Assembly (NCBI GenBank): GCA_024679065.1
Contig: JAGIQG010000009.1
Span: forward strand, 96,844,001-96,908,000
DNA: 64,000 nucleotides
Source of the DNA: Sphyrna mokarran
Lineage: Eukaryota
Direction of reading: 5' to 3'
Positions within the stretch are counted from its first letter, which is position 1, and each line of letters begins with the position of its first letter. Below, piece by piece: positions 48,701 through 62,499 of this stretch. Both the position numbers and the translations under genes were made by a program. Under the pieces are notes generated by a model. It worked only from the letters and a program-made list of their open reading frames with translations, searched no databases and was not told where the DNA came from.

Positions 48701-51700
48701 ATTGGACCAAAGCATTAATTCTCTTCCTCTTTCCACAATGATGTCATTATTTTCAGTATTTACTTGAGGCAATAGTATTTCTCCCACTTTCAAACATGGT
48801 AGAAATCCTACAGTGCAGGGGAGGCTATTTGGCCTATCGAGTCTGCATCAATTCTCTGACAGAGCATCTTATCTAGGCCCTCACCCTTTAACCCTATACA
48901 TTTAACATGGCTAATGGACCTAATCTACACGCCTTTGGACACTAAGGGACAAGTTAACATGGTCAACCCACCTAACCTGCATACCTTTGGACTCTGGGTA
49001 GAAACTGGAGCACCTGAAAGTGACCTACAAAGGCAAGGGGAGAATTTCACATAGTTAGCCAAGGCTGGGCTCGAACCCAGGTCCCTGGTGCTGTGAGGCA
49101 GCAGTGCTAACCACTGTGCTACTATGCTGCCACTAAATTATATTAGGCTATCTTGGCAGTCTCCATAAAAATAATGGATAGAGGCAATAACGAACACATT
49201 ATTAAGGGAAACAAATGAAATCTAGTGGATTCCAAATCATAAGGCAATGGAAAAAGTGAATGGAGTAAAATATTGAATTGATTTATTTGCCATGCAGATC
49301 AATTTTATCATAGAATTCTTGCAGTGCCAAAGAAGTCCATTCAGCCCATCAAACCTGTGCCAACAATAATTCCATGAAGGCTCCAAACCCGTGACCCTAA
49401 TTATTTATCTTGCCAGTCCCCCTGACACTGAGTGGCAATTTAGTATGGCCAATCAACCTAACTCTCGCATCTTTGGATTGTGGAAGAAAACCAGAGCACT
49501 TGGAGGAAACCCATGCAGACTTGGGGAGAATGTGCAAATTCCACACAGACAGTGACCCAAGCTGGGAATTGAACCCAGGTCCCTGATGCTATGAGGCAGC
49601 AGTACTAACCACTGCATCGCCATGCCAAATGTAGCTTTAAAAAAGAAAAGCACAAGAAACAGGGAATTCTCATTAAATAGTTTATATCTTTTCAATACAA
49701 GTATGGATACCAAGCTGAAGTAGACGACAGACGACTGATTTTATTTCAGTGCTGTTCTCATTTGCAAAGATTGCAACAGGAGCAACCTGTAGTGGAAGGA
49801 GTGCATTACTCATGGTGACCATCTCACTCCCATGTTTAACTGTCCATACTCAGGCACCACAATGTTCTACACAGTATTTTCAAGTTGCATATGTAGGATT
49901 AAAAATGCAGTATTTGACAAATGTAAATAGTGAAAAGAAATGCTAAAGGAAAAGAAATAATGATATAGTGTTGTCTCTTTGAAAAAAGGAAGTGTCTTGA
50001 GTAGTGGATTTTAAAATTGCAGAGTGCAGGCTGCAGAAGCAGGTTTTTGCAACATTGTATCAAAGCCAAGGAGTCAATGTTCCAACCTAACCAAAACAGG
50101 CTTTTGAATTGGACCATTGGTTTTAAAGCCAGCATGCAGAGAAGCAGAACCAGTGAATTTAAATGTGAGCATTGTTGACAACTCAGATCACAGGAATATT
50201 GTGAGGTAATTCCGGATATATAACCCCAAACAAGGGAGGAGGGGTTAACTGTCAGAGTATGCATGCCACCTCTTGAGTCGGAAGAGAGATAGGTGAGGCT
50301 CTCATGTAAATCCTGCAGTTCCATATATATCTTCAGAAAATCATCGTTTAAAAAGACAGAAACCAACTCAAAAAGTGATCCAGACATGAACATCACCAGA
50401 GATCATACCTCCAAAATATACTTATTTGTATATTAAGAAGTCTCACAACACCAGATTACAATCCAATAGGTTTATTTGGAATCACAAGTTTTCAGAGCAC
50501 TGCTCCTTCATCAGATGAGCCTCCTGATCAACTTATCTGATGAAGGAGTAGTGGTCCAAAAGCTCTGATTCCAAATAAACCTGATGGACTTTTATCTAGT
50601 GTTGTGAGACTTTTTACTGTGCCCACCCCCAGTCTAATGCTGGCATCTCCACATCATTGTATACTAAATGAGAGTGACTGAATTTTGTAATGATTTATTT
50701 CATTATTCTTGAAGGAGTGTTGTAATATTTGAACATCATTCTAGTGGGAATTTTATTCAGTTTGTTAATTGTTTCAGTAAGGTTCTCAAAAGTTTAAAAA
50801 TAAAGACCTATTAATTGTTTCTGAAAGAGAGTCTCAGATCCTGTTTTAATTTACCAAAACCAATAATTTCCTTCTGCCTCACACATACTTGTACAAGATT
50901 ATGAAGTGTGCTATGTCCCTTTGGTTCTTCCAAAATCGAGCAGAACGAAAAGTCAGCTTCATGTCATAACAACAGCAATGATGGGGAGACCTGACATAGT
51001 CCCATAAATTCCCAGCCGTTTGACTGCCAAGCTTGTGTGTGTGTATGTGTGTGTGTTTATGTATGTGTGTGTTTGTGTGTGTGTGTGTTTATGTTTGTAT
51101 GTGTGTGTATATGTGTGTGTTTGTGTTTGTTTGTGTGTANNNNNNNNNNNNNNNNNNNNNNNNNNNNNNNNNNNNNNNNNNNNNNNNNNNNNNNNNNNNN
51201 NNNNNNNNNNNNNNNNNNNNNNNNNNNNNNNNNNNNNNNNNNNNNNNNNNNNNNNNNNNNNNNNNNNNNNNNNNNNNNNNNNNNNNTGCTTTTCAGTGAT
51301 GACTTCCATGTTGAAACATTAATTGACTTTCCCTCTCCCCAATAGCTACTTAATTAGTGCCCCTAACGTCATTCACGTTGGGGTGAAGGAGAGTGTCGCC
51401 ATTCAAGTGGAAGGAATAGAAAAAGATATCAATGTTAAAGTGTATCTAATCGATCTGATCACATCAAAAAAGTATTCGGACGAAATCGATTTTAAACTAA
51501 CGGCAGAGAATGGTTACCATCAAATTAACGACATAGTTGTAAGTACTACCACTGTGATGCATACCTTACAGTAAAGAGTGAATAAACTTGGCACTTCATT
51601 ACTTTAGTGCGATCTTTGTTGAGATGCATTGCAAAGTCTGAGAATGAAACTATCACCATGTTCTTTAGGCAATCATTTACTTGTTCTTTCCTTTTCTTGG

Positions 51701-54700
51701 CCAAATCTGTGAGGTTTCATGTCACAATTTCAAGTTCATATTGACTAATATGTCCAAAGGACGGGTTTGCAACCCACATTGCTTTGATTACTTTGATCAC
51801 CAACAAACACAGTAGCAATAAGAGCAGGTCAGAGGCTAGGAATACTAGGTGAGTAAGTAACTCTTGACCTCCCAGAGTCTATCCACCATCTAAAAGGCAC
51901 AAGTCAGCAGTGTGCTGGAGCACTTGTCTGGATGGGTGCAGCTCCTACAACACTCAAGAAGCTTGACACCATCCAGGACAAAGCAGCACAACTTGACTGG
52001 CATCACATTCAATCCTTCTGGCACCAACGCTCAATAACAGCAGTGTGTACCATCTAAAAAATGCACTGCAGCAACTCATCAAAGATCCTTAGGTAGCACC
52101 TTCCAAATCCATGATCACTTCCAAGGGCAGCAGGTAAATGGTGGAATACCACCATTTGCAAGCTCCTGTCTAAGCCACTCACCATCCTGACTTGGAAATA
52201 CATCACCGTTTCTTCATAGTCACTGAGTCAAAATCTCAGAATTCCTTCCTTAATGGGAGTCAATCCACAGGCCATTGACTGCAGCAATTCAGATGACAAT
52301 TCTTCACCACCTTTTCAAGGGCAATTATGGATGGGCAATAAATGCTGGTCAGCCAGCAATGCCCAAGCCCCATGAATGAATTAAAACAAAAGCTTTTTTT
52401 GTGCTCAGGATGGCACAGATGTAAAGATAATATTCTAAATCCATGTAGGCTATATTTTATATAGATTCTGGCAGTCCGGTGTTTGTAGCCTGACCACACC
52501 AGAACTCCTTTGTGATAAAAACATAAGAACATAAGAAATTAAGTCAGAGAATTTCAAGCCCATTTAGCCATTCTCGACTTTCCCTTTCAATTTATATAAC
52601 TCCATGATCCTCTGAGAGCCTCAATATCTGCCTATCTCAGTCTTAGATGCATTCATGATGTTGCAGCGCCAACCCTCTGAGATGGAGAACTTCAAATATT
52701 CATAGTCATTCGAGTGAAGAAACTGGCTCTCATTTCAGTCCTGAATGGTTTTCCTTTTGTCGAAAGGGTCTAACTCCCTTCATCCCCCATCCCCCATTTA
52801 CACCCTGCCATTTTGTTCTCGATTCCAGGCCAGGGGATTAAACCACAAGCACGCAGAATCTATCAGATCAAGTCCCATAAGAACATAAGAAATAGGAGCA
52901 GGAGCAGGCCATCCAGCCCCTCGAGCCTGCCCCGCCATTCAATAAGATCATGGCTGATCTGTAGTGGTTCAGTATCACTTGCCCACTTTCTCCCCATAAC
53001 CCTTAATTCCCTTGTCAGTCAAAAACCTCTTGACTTGAACATATTCAGCGAGGAAGCCTCCACCACCTCATCAGGCAGAAAACTCCAAAGATTCACCACT
53101 CTTTGTACGAAGAAACTCCTCTGCAACTCTGAGCTGAACCGTACCCCCCCGCCTAATCTTGAGGCTGTGCCCTCTAGTCCTGCTATCTTTGTTAAGCGGG
53201 AAGAGTCTCTCAACCTCTACCCTATCCATCCCCTTCATTATCTCACATTCCTCCATAAGATCCTCTCTCAGCCTTCTAAACTCCAAAGAGTACAAACCTA
53301 GCCTATTCAGTCTCTCCTCATAATCCAATGCCCTCATCTCTGGTATCAGCCTAATAAACCTTCTCTGCACCCCTTCCAAAGCCAATATATCCTTCCTCGA
53401 AGGCGGCAACCAAAACTGCACACAGTACTCCAGCTGTGGCCTCACCAGTACCCTATACAGCTGTGACAGAACCTCCCTATTTTTATATTCTATCCCCCTA
53501 GCTATAAAGGCCAACATTGCATTCACCTTCTTAATCTCCTGCTGCATAATCATACTGTGTTTTTGCGATTCATGCACAAGGACCCCCAGGTCCCTCTGCA
53601 CTGTCGCATGCTGCAACTTTTAGCCATTTAAATAGTAATCCTTCCTACCATTATTCTTACCAAAGTGGATAAACTCACACTTGCTAACATTATACTCCAT
53701 CTGCCAGATCCTCGCCCACTTTCCAGATCCCTCTGCAGGCTTTCCACACCCTCCACGCAATTTGCTTTTCCGCTTCATTATATTCAAATTTTCAGTAAGG
53801 TCCAGCTCTCATTCTTCTAAATGATAGTGAAAATCATCCAATTTACACTGCCTCTTATCATAACCCCCTCATCTCTGGGAACAGCCTAATAAACCTACCG
53901 CTTCCATTCCTTAACTATGGAGACTAGAAAATCACACTGCATTCCAGATTTGTCCTCCCATATAATAGTAACAAGACTTACTTCCAATTCTTGAACTCAA
54001 ATCCCCCTCAATAAAAAGCCAACATTTTAAATTCCATTGTTGGAGCATGGGTGTCACTGGCCGGGTTAACATTTATTACTCATCCCTGGTTGTCCTTGAG
54101 AAGGTGGTGGTGAGCTCCTTTCTTGAAACACTGAGTGGCTTGCTCAGCCATTTCAAAGGACAGTTGAGAGTCAACTACATTGCTGTGGCTCTGGAGTCAC
54201 ATGTAGGCCAGAATAAGTAAGGGTGCAGATTTCCTTCCCTAAACAACATTAATGCACTATGTCATCTACTTTCTTAATGATTTGCTGTACCCACACGTTA
54301 AATTTTTCTGTCCCTTGCTCAAGTAGTTGCAAATCTATCTGGGCATCAAAGTGCACAAGTTCCATACCTTTTGAAAAATATTCTGCTTTTACATTTAGCC
54401 CAACCAAGCGAGAAATGTAACACTTACTATGACTTAATTCCTACCAACTGTCCAAGCTTGAGACAATTCACACCTCTTTAACCTGTGATTATCCAACTCT
54501 CCACTTGTATTGTCTGTACCTATAAAAACTTAATGAGCTGAAAAGAATTGCATTCCAATCATTATCTTGCAATTGTGTCTTTGTCTACACATGCCGTGTT
54601 TGTGAAAACTACCTCTCCACTCACCTGATGAAGGGGTAGTACTCTGAAAGTTCATGATTCCAGATCCATCTGTTGGACTTTAAGTTGGTGCTGTGAGACT

Positions 54701-57700
54701 TCTTACTGTGCCCAGTCGAATGTCAGCAACTCCACATCGTGATTTAATTAGTGACATGAGCAAAATTACGAGATATAGTACCACTGACCTCCTTGCTATC
54801 AAATCCCACAGGCTTTTGCTGATCGTATCAAACAAACCAAAATTTGGTCACGCAAAAACAAGCACATTTATCTTGCTGCTGAATGCCACGAACTGTTTGC
54901 AGATAGGAAACTGGTCCCACTTTTGCTGTCATCAAAGAAGGGCTATATATTCATTCAGACAGACAAACCAATATACACTCCCAGTGAAACCGGTGAGTAT
55001 TGCCATGTAATGCTTCACACATTTCAGCATGAGAGCAAAGGTTGGGTGATATTTTGCTGGTCCAACAATAAAGTGTTATAACCATTGAACGCGAGAAAGG
55101 ACATTGGTAAACATGTTCTTGAATGGTAATGTTACATGACCAGGTATAGGCAGAGATAGGGTTTGGATAGGATGGTCTGTTAAGGAATTGGTGGAGACTT
55201 GTTGGGCCAAAAGGTCTCCTTCTGCACTGTAGTGACTCCATGATTCAATGGTCATTACAGTAGCAGCCATTAGTTACACATTCATCCAAAAATGAGCCAT
55301 CACTTGCCTTCAACTAAACTTGTGATAAACGATAATCCCCAGGTTAGCACTATTCTGCCATGAATGTTTGCCTGGGGAAAAAGTTTCATTGCAAAACAAG
55401 GCAAATAATTTAGTGAAAAAGAAAATCTTGGCCTCAACAGATAAGTTTTTTTGTTCATTCATGTGCGTCTGAACTCTCATTTACCTGATGAGGAGTAGCC
55501 TTCCGAAATCTAATGGCTTTTGCTACCAAATAAATCTGTTGGGCTTTAACTTGTGTTGTGAGGCTTCTTACTGTGTCCCTGTCTGGCCAGTATTTATTGC
55601 CCTTGGAGGGCAATTGAGAGTCAACCATATTGCTGTGGCTCTGGAGTTACGTGTACGCCAGACTGACCAAAGACAGCAGATTTCCTTTCCTGGTGAACCA
55701 GCTGCCTTTTTCTGATAATCAACAATGATTTCATGATCATCAGTAAATTCTCAATTCCAGATTTTTTTTTTAACTGAATTCAAATTCCAACATGCTGCCA
55801 TGGCTGGATTCGAACATGGATCCCCACAGTACCAGTTGAGTTTCTGGATAAATCGACCAGGGGTGGGGAAGAAGGTGGGGGAGAGACATAAAATGGATGG
55901 TGCAACATTTGTGCCCCATTTAATATTCTGTTCCATTGGCTTCATAGAATGGAGAATGAAGGAGTGCTATAGCAGGCATCAAAAGTAACCCCTTTTATTT
56001 GCCATCTTTGCTTGTGTTCAATTTTGTACCCACTGATGTTAAAAAATAAATATCTTGTACGCTGAACAGTGGCATCTCATTGTTTAGTCCAGCTTGCTGC
56101 TCTGTACTATTCAAGTCAATGGGATTGAATATCCAGCCAGATTACAATTGGTGACAGAATGAATGCTGCCATTATGTGGTTAATGTACAAGACATGTTAC
56201 TTCCCTGCAGATGCCATTTGTGAAGTGTCAGGGTAGCCTGTAGCCAGGCAAACTATAAAACAGTCATGGTGACTGAAAAAGCTGAATGACATTTTTGTAA
56301 ACTGTGTTTGTTTCTCATTTAACCAATACCGTTGCTTATGGTGTGCCCATTCCTGTTTTTTTTTGTGCAGTGAAATACAGGATTTTTACTCTGGACCATT
56401 TGATGAGACCAGTGACAGCGAATATTGAAATAACCATATACGTGAGTATCTTTGGAATTATAAGTTATTAGAAATGGACCACACTGGCACAGTGGATGGT
56501 GTGGCTACTTCACAGAGTCAGTGACCCAGGTTCGACTCCTAGCTTGGGTCACTCTCTGTGTGGAGTCTACACATTCTCCCTGCATTCGTGTAGATTTCCT
56601 CTAGGCACTCCGGTTTCCTCACACAGTTCAAAGATGTGCAGGTTACGTTGATTGGCCATGATACTGTGTTACCATTCTGTGATCACTTATTGTGCAGGCA
56701 CATACCTATGTGTGTTTCCTCCGGGTGCTCTGGTTTCCTACTACAGTCCAAAAGACGAACTGGTTAGGTGCTAAATTCTCCCTCAATATACCTGAACAGA
56801 TGCCAGAGTGTGGCGATGACAGGATTTTCACAGTAACTTTCATTGCAGTGTTAATGTCAGCCTATTTGTGACACTAGTAATTAAATTTTAATAGATGATG
56901 GATTGCAGCAGAGAAATTGGCAACTTCTATTTGCGTTGAACCTTATACCAAATAGAAAGTTTGTTTGGAATTGATTATGTGGCACTATATAAAAGACCAA
57001 CTTTGTTTCTACAACATAATGCAAGTAGATTGGCTTCAATTTCCAAGGTAACCCTTGGTAAAAGATATTAGCTGGGTCCTATTTGATTGGTGATCAATGA
57101 AATAAAAGAGAAGTCATAATCTGCAAAGATTACCAGCTGATTATCAGCCAATATTGTGATGAATATTGCAAGATGCAATAATGCAATAATGCAATAATAT
57201 TGCAAGATTGCAAGATGCAATATTGCAATAATGCTTAGCACTGTTGCCTCACAGCGCCAAGGACCTGGGTTTGATTTCCATCTTGGGTCACTGTCTGTGT
57301 GGAGTTTTCACATTCTCTCCATGTCTGTGTGGATTTCCTTGGGTGCTCCGGTTTCCTCCCATAGTCTGAAACATGTGCTGGTTAGTTGCATTGACCCTGA
57401 AGAGGCACTGTAGTGTGGCGACTAGGGGAATTTCACAGTAACTACATTGCAGTGTTAACGTAAGCCTTACTTGTGATAAATAAATAAACTTCTAAAACTG
57501 AAAAAGCACTTTATTAATTATTGAGAATGATTTTGTAATTTACTTGTAATCAAATATAACTGGAGAGTGAAATGCAAGCAACACAGATGAATTCACGCAT
57601 TGAACACATTCCATTCCCTTACTAGAATTCCAAAAATGTGCAACTCCCCAGTTTGTTTGTGCGATCTGGTAAAGTGTTCAAAAGGCAGTTAAAGATCCCG

Positions 57701-60700
57701 GATATTGCAGAGTAAGTAATAAAATTATTTTGGGACTTCCATTCAGTGCGTGCGTTTACTGAACACGTTTTGTTTTTCACGAAAATGATAAGATGCTTCA
57801 GATCTGGTGATTACCCTGTTCAGAGATCATTGTTCGGGATGTGAGTTCAGAAACAATGGCCAGCATTTTACAGTCTGGTGGATAGCAAGAATGGAGAATT
57901 TGGCCAACATTGCATTCACTGCAGCGTGACCGGCCATTCCCAGCCACGGATGAGGTTGGAAATCTCACTGGATATCAGCAACTACAGATTTTACTAAACT
58001 AAATTATTAACACTAATGTTTTGATCATTAGATTGTTAGGCGCCATGGAGTCTGGGTCTTTTTATTGATCACTTTGATCAATATTTGTTTTCACGGTTTA
58101 AGCTCATTTTGCCATTTGCTTTTGTTTGATGCAGCGTCCCTTTAAGGGGCTGTTACCTCTAACTTGCCCCTTAGTTTGTTTAACTTAGTTTAATTGACAC
58201 AAAATAGTGTACAAGTAAAGCAGTGTGCTCATTGGAACACACGAGGAAGATTTAAAGAGCTTTGGGAAACCACTCGATCAGTGCTCTTGACATGCTGGCC
58301 CAAGCGCGATGTACTTGTTGGAACTTGAACTCCCTCCAAAACAAAAATTAAGAAAATTCCGTTTGGGGTATTAAAAATCTTATTCGAGCAATCACTAATT
58401 TAAGGGACAAGTGAAAGGGCAAGGTCTGTTTGACAATAAAAATTAATATGGGCTTATTATTATCAGCGCTGAAAGCTGCTCCTGGGCCGGACCAAACTTA
58501 CCATCAACAGATATGAGCAGGTGGCAACCAAGGATGTCTGTCTATCTATCTCCCATTGTCACATTCATGGCACGGTGTCCCTTGGAGCACATCGAGGCCT
58601 TCCATACCTGATGGGCACCATGTAGAATGGGGCATTTTATCAATCCCATTAATCAAATTATGGTTTAATGTTTTTCGCATCCTTTGCCATTTGTTTTTTT
58701 GCATTTGATGTAGTAATCTTTTAAGGGGCTGCTGCTGCTTTGATTTGTCCCTTTGTTTGTCTAATTTAGTTTCATTTAGGGTGGCACGGTCATACAGTGC
58801 TTAGCACTGCACCCCAGAGTGCCAGGGACCTGGGTTTGAATCCAATCTTGGGTAGCTGCCTGGGTGTTGGTTGCACGTTCTCCCCATATGCCCAGGGGCT
58901 TCCTCTAGGTGCTCCAGTTTCCTCCAAACTGGTCCAAAGATGAACAGGTTAGGAGGATTGGTCGTGCTAAATTGCCACTCTGTGTCGAAAGGTATGTCTT
59001 TTTGTGGATTGGCCGTGGTAAATGCACAGAGCTATAGGGATGGGGACAAAGGGCAGGGGCCTGGATGGGATGGTCTTTTGGAAAGACAATGCAGATCCAT
59101 TGGGCTAAATGGCCTCTTTTTGAAATGTAGGGATTCTGTGAATTGGTTGAGCCTGTTTATCATTTGTATTCTCAGAACTGATCAGTGGAATATTGAGATA
59201 ATAGTGTCTTGAATGCCAAGAGCAGACAATGTACATCTAAAAACATAATTCCTATCAACTTCAAAGGGAAGGGGCCTGTTAATTCGTGGCTGATATAATA
59301 AATCGCTTTAACTTAAGCCAAATTTCTGCACTTTTTCCGAACATTCATGTCTAACTGTTATAAGATCAAGTCGGGGAAAGCACTGTATCTTTTTCAATGT
59401 TTACCTTTCTTTGACAGGCCCGGAATTTGGAGAATTGAGGCACAGTTTAGTGAATTCCCAATGTCCACGGTATCTACAAAGTTTGAGGTCAAGGAATTCG
59501 GTAACATTATTTTAGCACTCATAAATAATCAGGGAAAATGTGGACTAGTTTTCATTGTTCCAATCGCACTTTTCATACCTACATTACAAGATCATATTTT
59601 TTGATGGCAATACATTTGTTGCAAAGTAACTTTATATCCACAATCTATAAAGTTAAGGGGAGAATAATGGCAATAAAACAGTTGCCCTTTTATTTATATC
59701 CATACCACGTCACAACCTCAACTTTATTTCCTTAGAGATTAAAGTTCATGAATTGAACTTTTATCTGTGTGTCTCTCTCTCTACATCAAGTGCAGAAAGT
59801 AGATATGCATGTACAACATGTGATATAAAAATCAAATGGATGTTAGCATTTATTGTATAAGGACTAGAATATAAAAGTAGAGAAGTATTGTGACAATTAA
59901 TTTGATTTGATTTGATTTATTATTGTCACGTTCATTAACATACATTGAAAAGTAGTTTTTCTTGCACGGTATATAATCAAAACATACCGTTCATAGAGAA
60001 GGAAATGAGAGAGTGGAGGATGTTGTGTTACAGGATAGGATGTTGGTGAGGCCACATCTTGCGTATCATGCCCAGTTTTGCCCTCCTTATTTGAGGTAGG
60101 ATATGGTTGTACTGGAAGCAATTCAAAGGAGGTTCAATTCTTTGGTTCCAGGGATTGCTGAATGAGGAGAGTTTAAACAGTTTGGACTCATACTCACTGG
60201 AGTTTAAAATTTTGAGAGAAGACCTGATCGCGGTTCATAAAATCCTATAATGGAATGATAAGGTAAACGTAGACCAAATGGATGACCTTCTGGGGCAATC
60301 TAGAAAATGAGGTCGCTGGAAGAGATTGAAAGGTAATAGATTTAAAACTGAGATGAGGATGAACTATTTCTTGCAGAGGGTGATAGATTTGTGGAATTCA
60401 CTGCCCCATAGTGCATGGAGTCTGAATCATTAAATGGTTTCAGGAATGAGATAGATATATTTCGGATAAAATAAATGGATTAAAGCAACTTGGCGAACAG
60501 TAGGAAGGTGGAGTTGAGGCCAGAAAGGGATCAACCATGACTTGATGAATGGTGGAGCAGGCCTGGAGGGCTGAATTTGTCTATTTTGCTCCTAATTCCA
60601 ATGTTACTATGTTTACAGGCTGGGAAACATTGTGAGGTATCAGCATAGAGTCTCAACCATCTCCATATTTTAATTGTTATTGAAATAATTGGAAATGTAG

Positions 60701-62264
60701 GTCAGGAGGTGTGTGAACTGAAGTGCAATTCACTATCATTCTGTTTTCAACTGGCTAAACAAGCGAATGTGAATCCAAACAAGGCTGAAGTTCACTTTGA
60801 AACTTCACATATTCCCTAATAAGGCTCTTTTCAGTTACCCAGTTGGCCATCTGTACCTTCTACAAGATGTGCCGCTACTCACCAGGACTCCTTCCACAGC
60901 ACTTTCCAAACCCATCACCTCCACCATCCAGAGTGACAAAGGCAACAAATGCATGGGGACACTACTGCCTGTGAGCTCCCTTCCAAGACACTCACTATCC
61001 TGAATTGAAACTACACCTCCATTCTTTCACTATCACCAAGTTACAAACCTGGAACATCATCTCAATCAGTACAATCGACTGCACCACATGGACTGCAATG
61101 ATCCAAGGGAATGGCTCAGAAACTGTCCATCTGCCCATCCATCCTGCAGTCCATCCAACTATCCATTCATCTGTCCTTCTGACCAACCATGTGTCCATCC
61201 ATTTATCCTTCCATTCATCCATCTATCTGTCCTTCCAAAAGTCCGTCCTTCCAAAAGTCCGTCCTTCCATCCATTTATCCATCCATTTGTCCACCCATCC
61301 ATCCATCCTTCTGACCATCCAACTGTTCATCACTGTCCATCCATTTATCCATCCATCTGTTCACCCATCCTTCAGTCTGTCCAACTATCCATCCATTCAT
61401 CCATCCACCTATCCTTCCATCCATCCATTCATTCAGCTACACACCCATCAACCAGGCACAGCAGTGGAAATGTGTGGATAATCTGTATCTCATCATGAAA
61501 ACAATGATGAGATGTAATGCTGGATATCCCTATTTGTTGTGTGAGGGGCAGTACAGACTATGGCAAAGGCTTTTTACTCAGTGCAACATTGTTAAGGGGT
61601 GATATCATACTGTCTGCCATTATAAATCTGGCTAGTTTACCGTTCCATTGAATGCAAAGGTAATCAGCCCTCAGAAATATGAATATTGGAGTCGAAGTTT
61701 AATATTACTGAAATTGGATAACCACACAAAGACTTTTTTTAAAGTAGCCACGTCATCCATTGCAATGCCAAGGCAAAGCAATTTCAAATTCATTTGTGCA
61801 TTCCTTAATGAAGAACTTCAATAGTATCAAGTGAAGCTCTTAGAATATAATCATCTATTTGGGGTATGTTCGGGATTCTTCGGGTAGTTCTATGCTTGCG
61901 TGATAATATGGGATATGTGATATCAGTTCGATATTCTGTTGAGCAGAATAGAAAGGCATATGATGGAGGTGTGTATAACCCATGGATGATCCATTATCAC
62001 CCATTTTGGATTATTGCCAGAAATTAAAATTACATTCAGCTATTTTGTGGTTCATATCATAAGCAGGGAATGGAAACAGGCTGGGCAGTTTAATGCTTAA
62101 ATAAGCAGGTCCTCAATGCAAGAATTGCATTGTCCATTATGTTCGGGATTATACTTGACTTAATCATCTTTCAAAGTTCTCCCTAGCTTCAAGGTCGAGG
62201 TGAAGTTGGCCGAAATGTTTTACCTGATAACAAAGGAGGAATTCCAATTCACAATTTCAGCAGA
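45720..62264 (+). CDS. C4: Complement component C4, exons 1-7 (signal peptide and N-terminal MG domains of the beta chain); gene continues beyond the window
   Basis: Exons 45720-45784, 51346-51538, 54812-54992, 56371-56441, 57626-57711, 59418-59500, 62177-62264; all GT-AG and in phase. Protein: MGQAVFLLWLSVLIPAAEQAPSYLISAPNVIHVGVKESVAIQ...[35 protein letters not shown]...IPDIAEPGIWRIEAQF...KFEVKEFVLPSFKV. C3/C4/C5-family motifs are present. APNVIHVGV, LDHLMRP and IPDIAEPGxW favour C4 over C3/C5. Confidence 0.9.
46470..46880. repeat. Degenerate (GT)n tract; others at ~26996-27021, ~41608-41643, ~51035-51139
   Basis: Directly visible. Confidence 0.9.
46984..47974 (-). mobile_element. 5'-truncated CR1 copy nearly identical to the 3' kilobase of the 8274-11625 element, in C4 intron 1
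   Basis: Uninterrupted RT ORF (GVPQGSVLGP, FADD). Sequence is near-identical by eye to 8290-9280. Confidence 0.95.
47975..48100. repeat. AT-rich (ATATC/ATAG)n tract abutting the CR1 5' truncation point
   Basis: Directly visible. Confidence 0.85.
50435..50657. mobile_element. Palindromic Penelope-derived terminal-repeat element
   Basis: Two ~85-bp inverted arms (AGTCTCACAACACCAG...CTTCATCAG / CTGATGAAGG...GTGTTGTGAGACT). Single arms occur at ~7443-7640, ~54430-54740, ~62340-62480 and ~63635-63860. Confidence 0.65.
51140..51286. other. Assembly gap (147 N) 59 bp upstream of C4 exon 2
   Basis: Run of n following a (GT)n tract. Confidence 1.
51346..51538 (+). CDS. C4: C4 exon 2
   Basis: aatag|CTAC...ATAGTT|gtaagt, 193 nt; YLISAPNVIHVGVKESVAIQ. 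Confidence 0.92.
52875..53790 (-). mobile_element. CR1 3' fragment in C4 intron 2
   Basis: [16 protein letters not shown]; (CTTATGTT)n-type tail near 52877. Confidence 0.88.
54812..54992 (+). CDS. C4: C4 exon 3
   Basis: cacag|GCT...ACCG|gtgagt, 181 nt; [14 protein letters not shown]. Confidence 0.93.
56371..56441 (+). CDS. C4: C4 exon 4
   Basis: tgcag|TGAAA...ATAC|gtgagt, 71 nt; [14 protein letters not shown]. Confidence 0.93.
57626..57711 (+). CDS. C4: C4 exon 5
   Basis: actag|AAT...GCAGA|gtaagt, 86 nt; NSKNVQ...KIPDIAE. Confidence 0.9.
59418..59500 (+). CDS. C4: C4 exon 6
   Basis: gacag|GCCC...TTCG|gtaaca, 83 nt; PGIWRIEAQF...FEVKEF. Confidence 0.92.
59820..60615 (+). mobile_element. 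Degenerate CR1 fragment with a nested minus-strand LINE tail (~59900-60030)
   Basis: CR1 3' remnants. The nested (GATTT)n-led repeat also occurs at ~46090-46220 and ~63404-63600. Confidence 0.7.
62177..62264 (+). CDS. C4: C4 exon 7
   Basis: caaag|TTCTC...CAGA|gtgagt, 88 nt; VLPSFKVEV. Confidence 0.9.
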
Positions 62265-62499
62265 GTGAGTACAACATTGTTATCTGGTTCAATACTCCTA
62301 CATTATCCTGTCCACTTCCTATATTTGCTTTGGAATTAGAAAGAAGTCATGCAACACCACATTAAAATCCAACAGGTTTTATTTGAAATCATGAACTTTC
62401 AGAGCACTTCCCCTTCATTAGGTGAATGGAGAGATATTTTCACAAACATGCCATATATAAGCAAAGACACAACTGCAAGATAATTCAATCATCCTTTGG

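Noticed and set aside
45720-62264. C3, C5 or alpha-2-macroglobulin as the identity of the plus-strand gene
   Set aside because: N-terminal motifs and the NCR3 linkage fit C4 better. The diagnostic thioester and alpha-gamma junction are outside the window, so a BLAST/phylogeny check is still needed.
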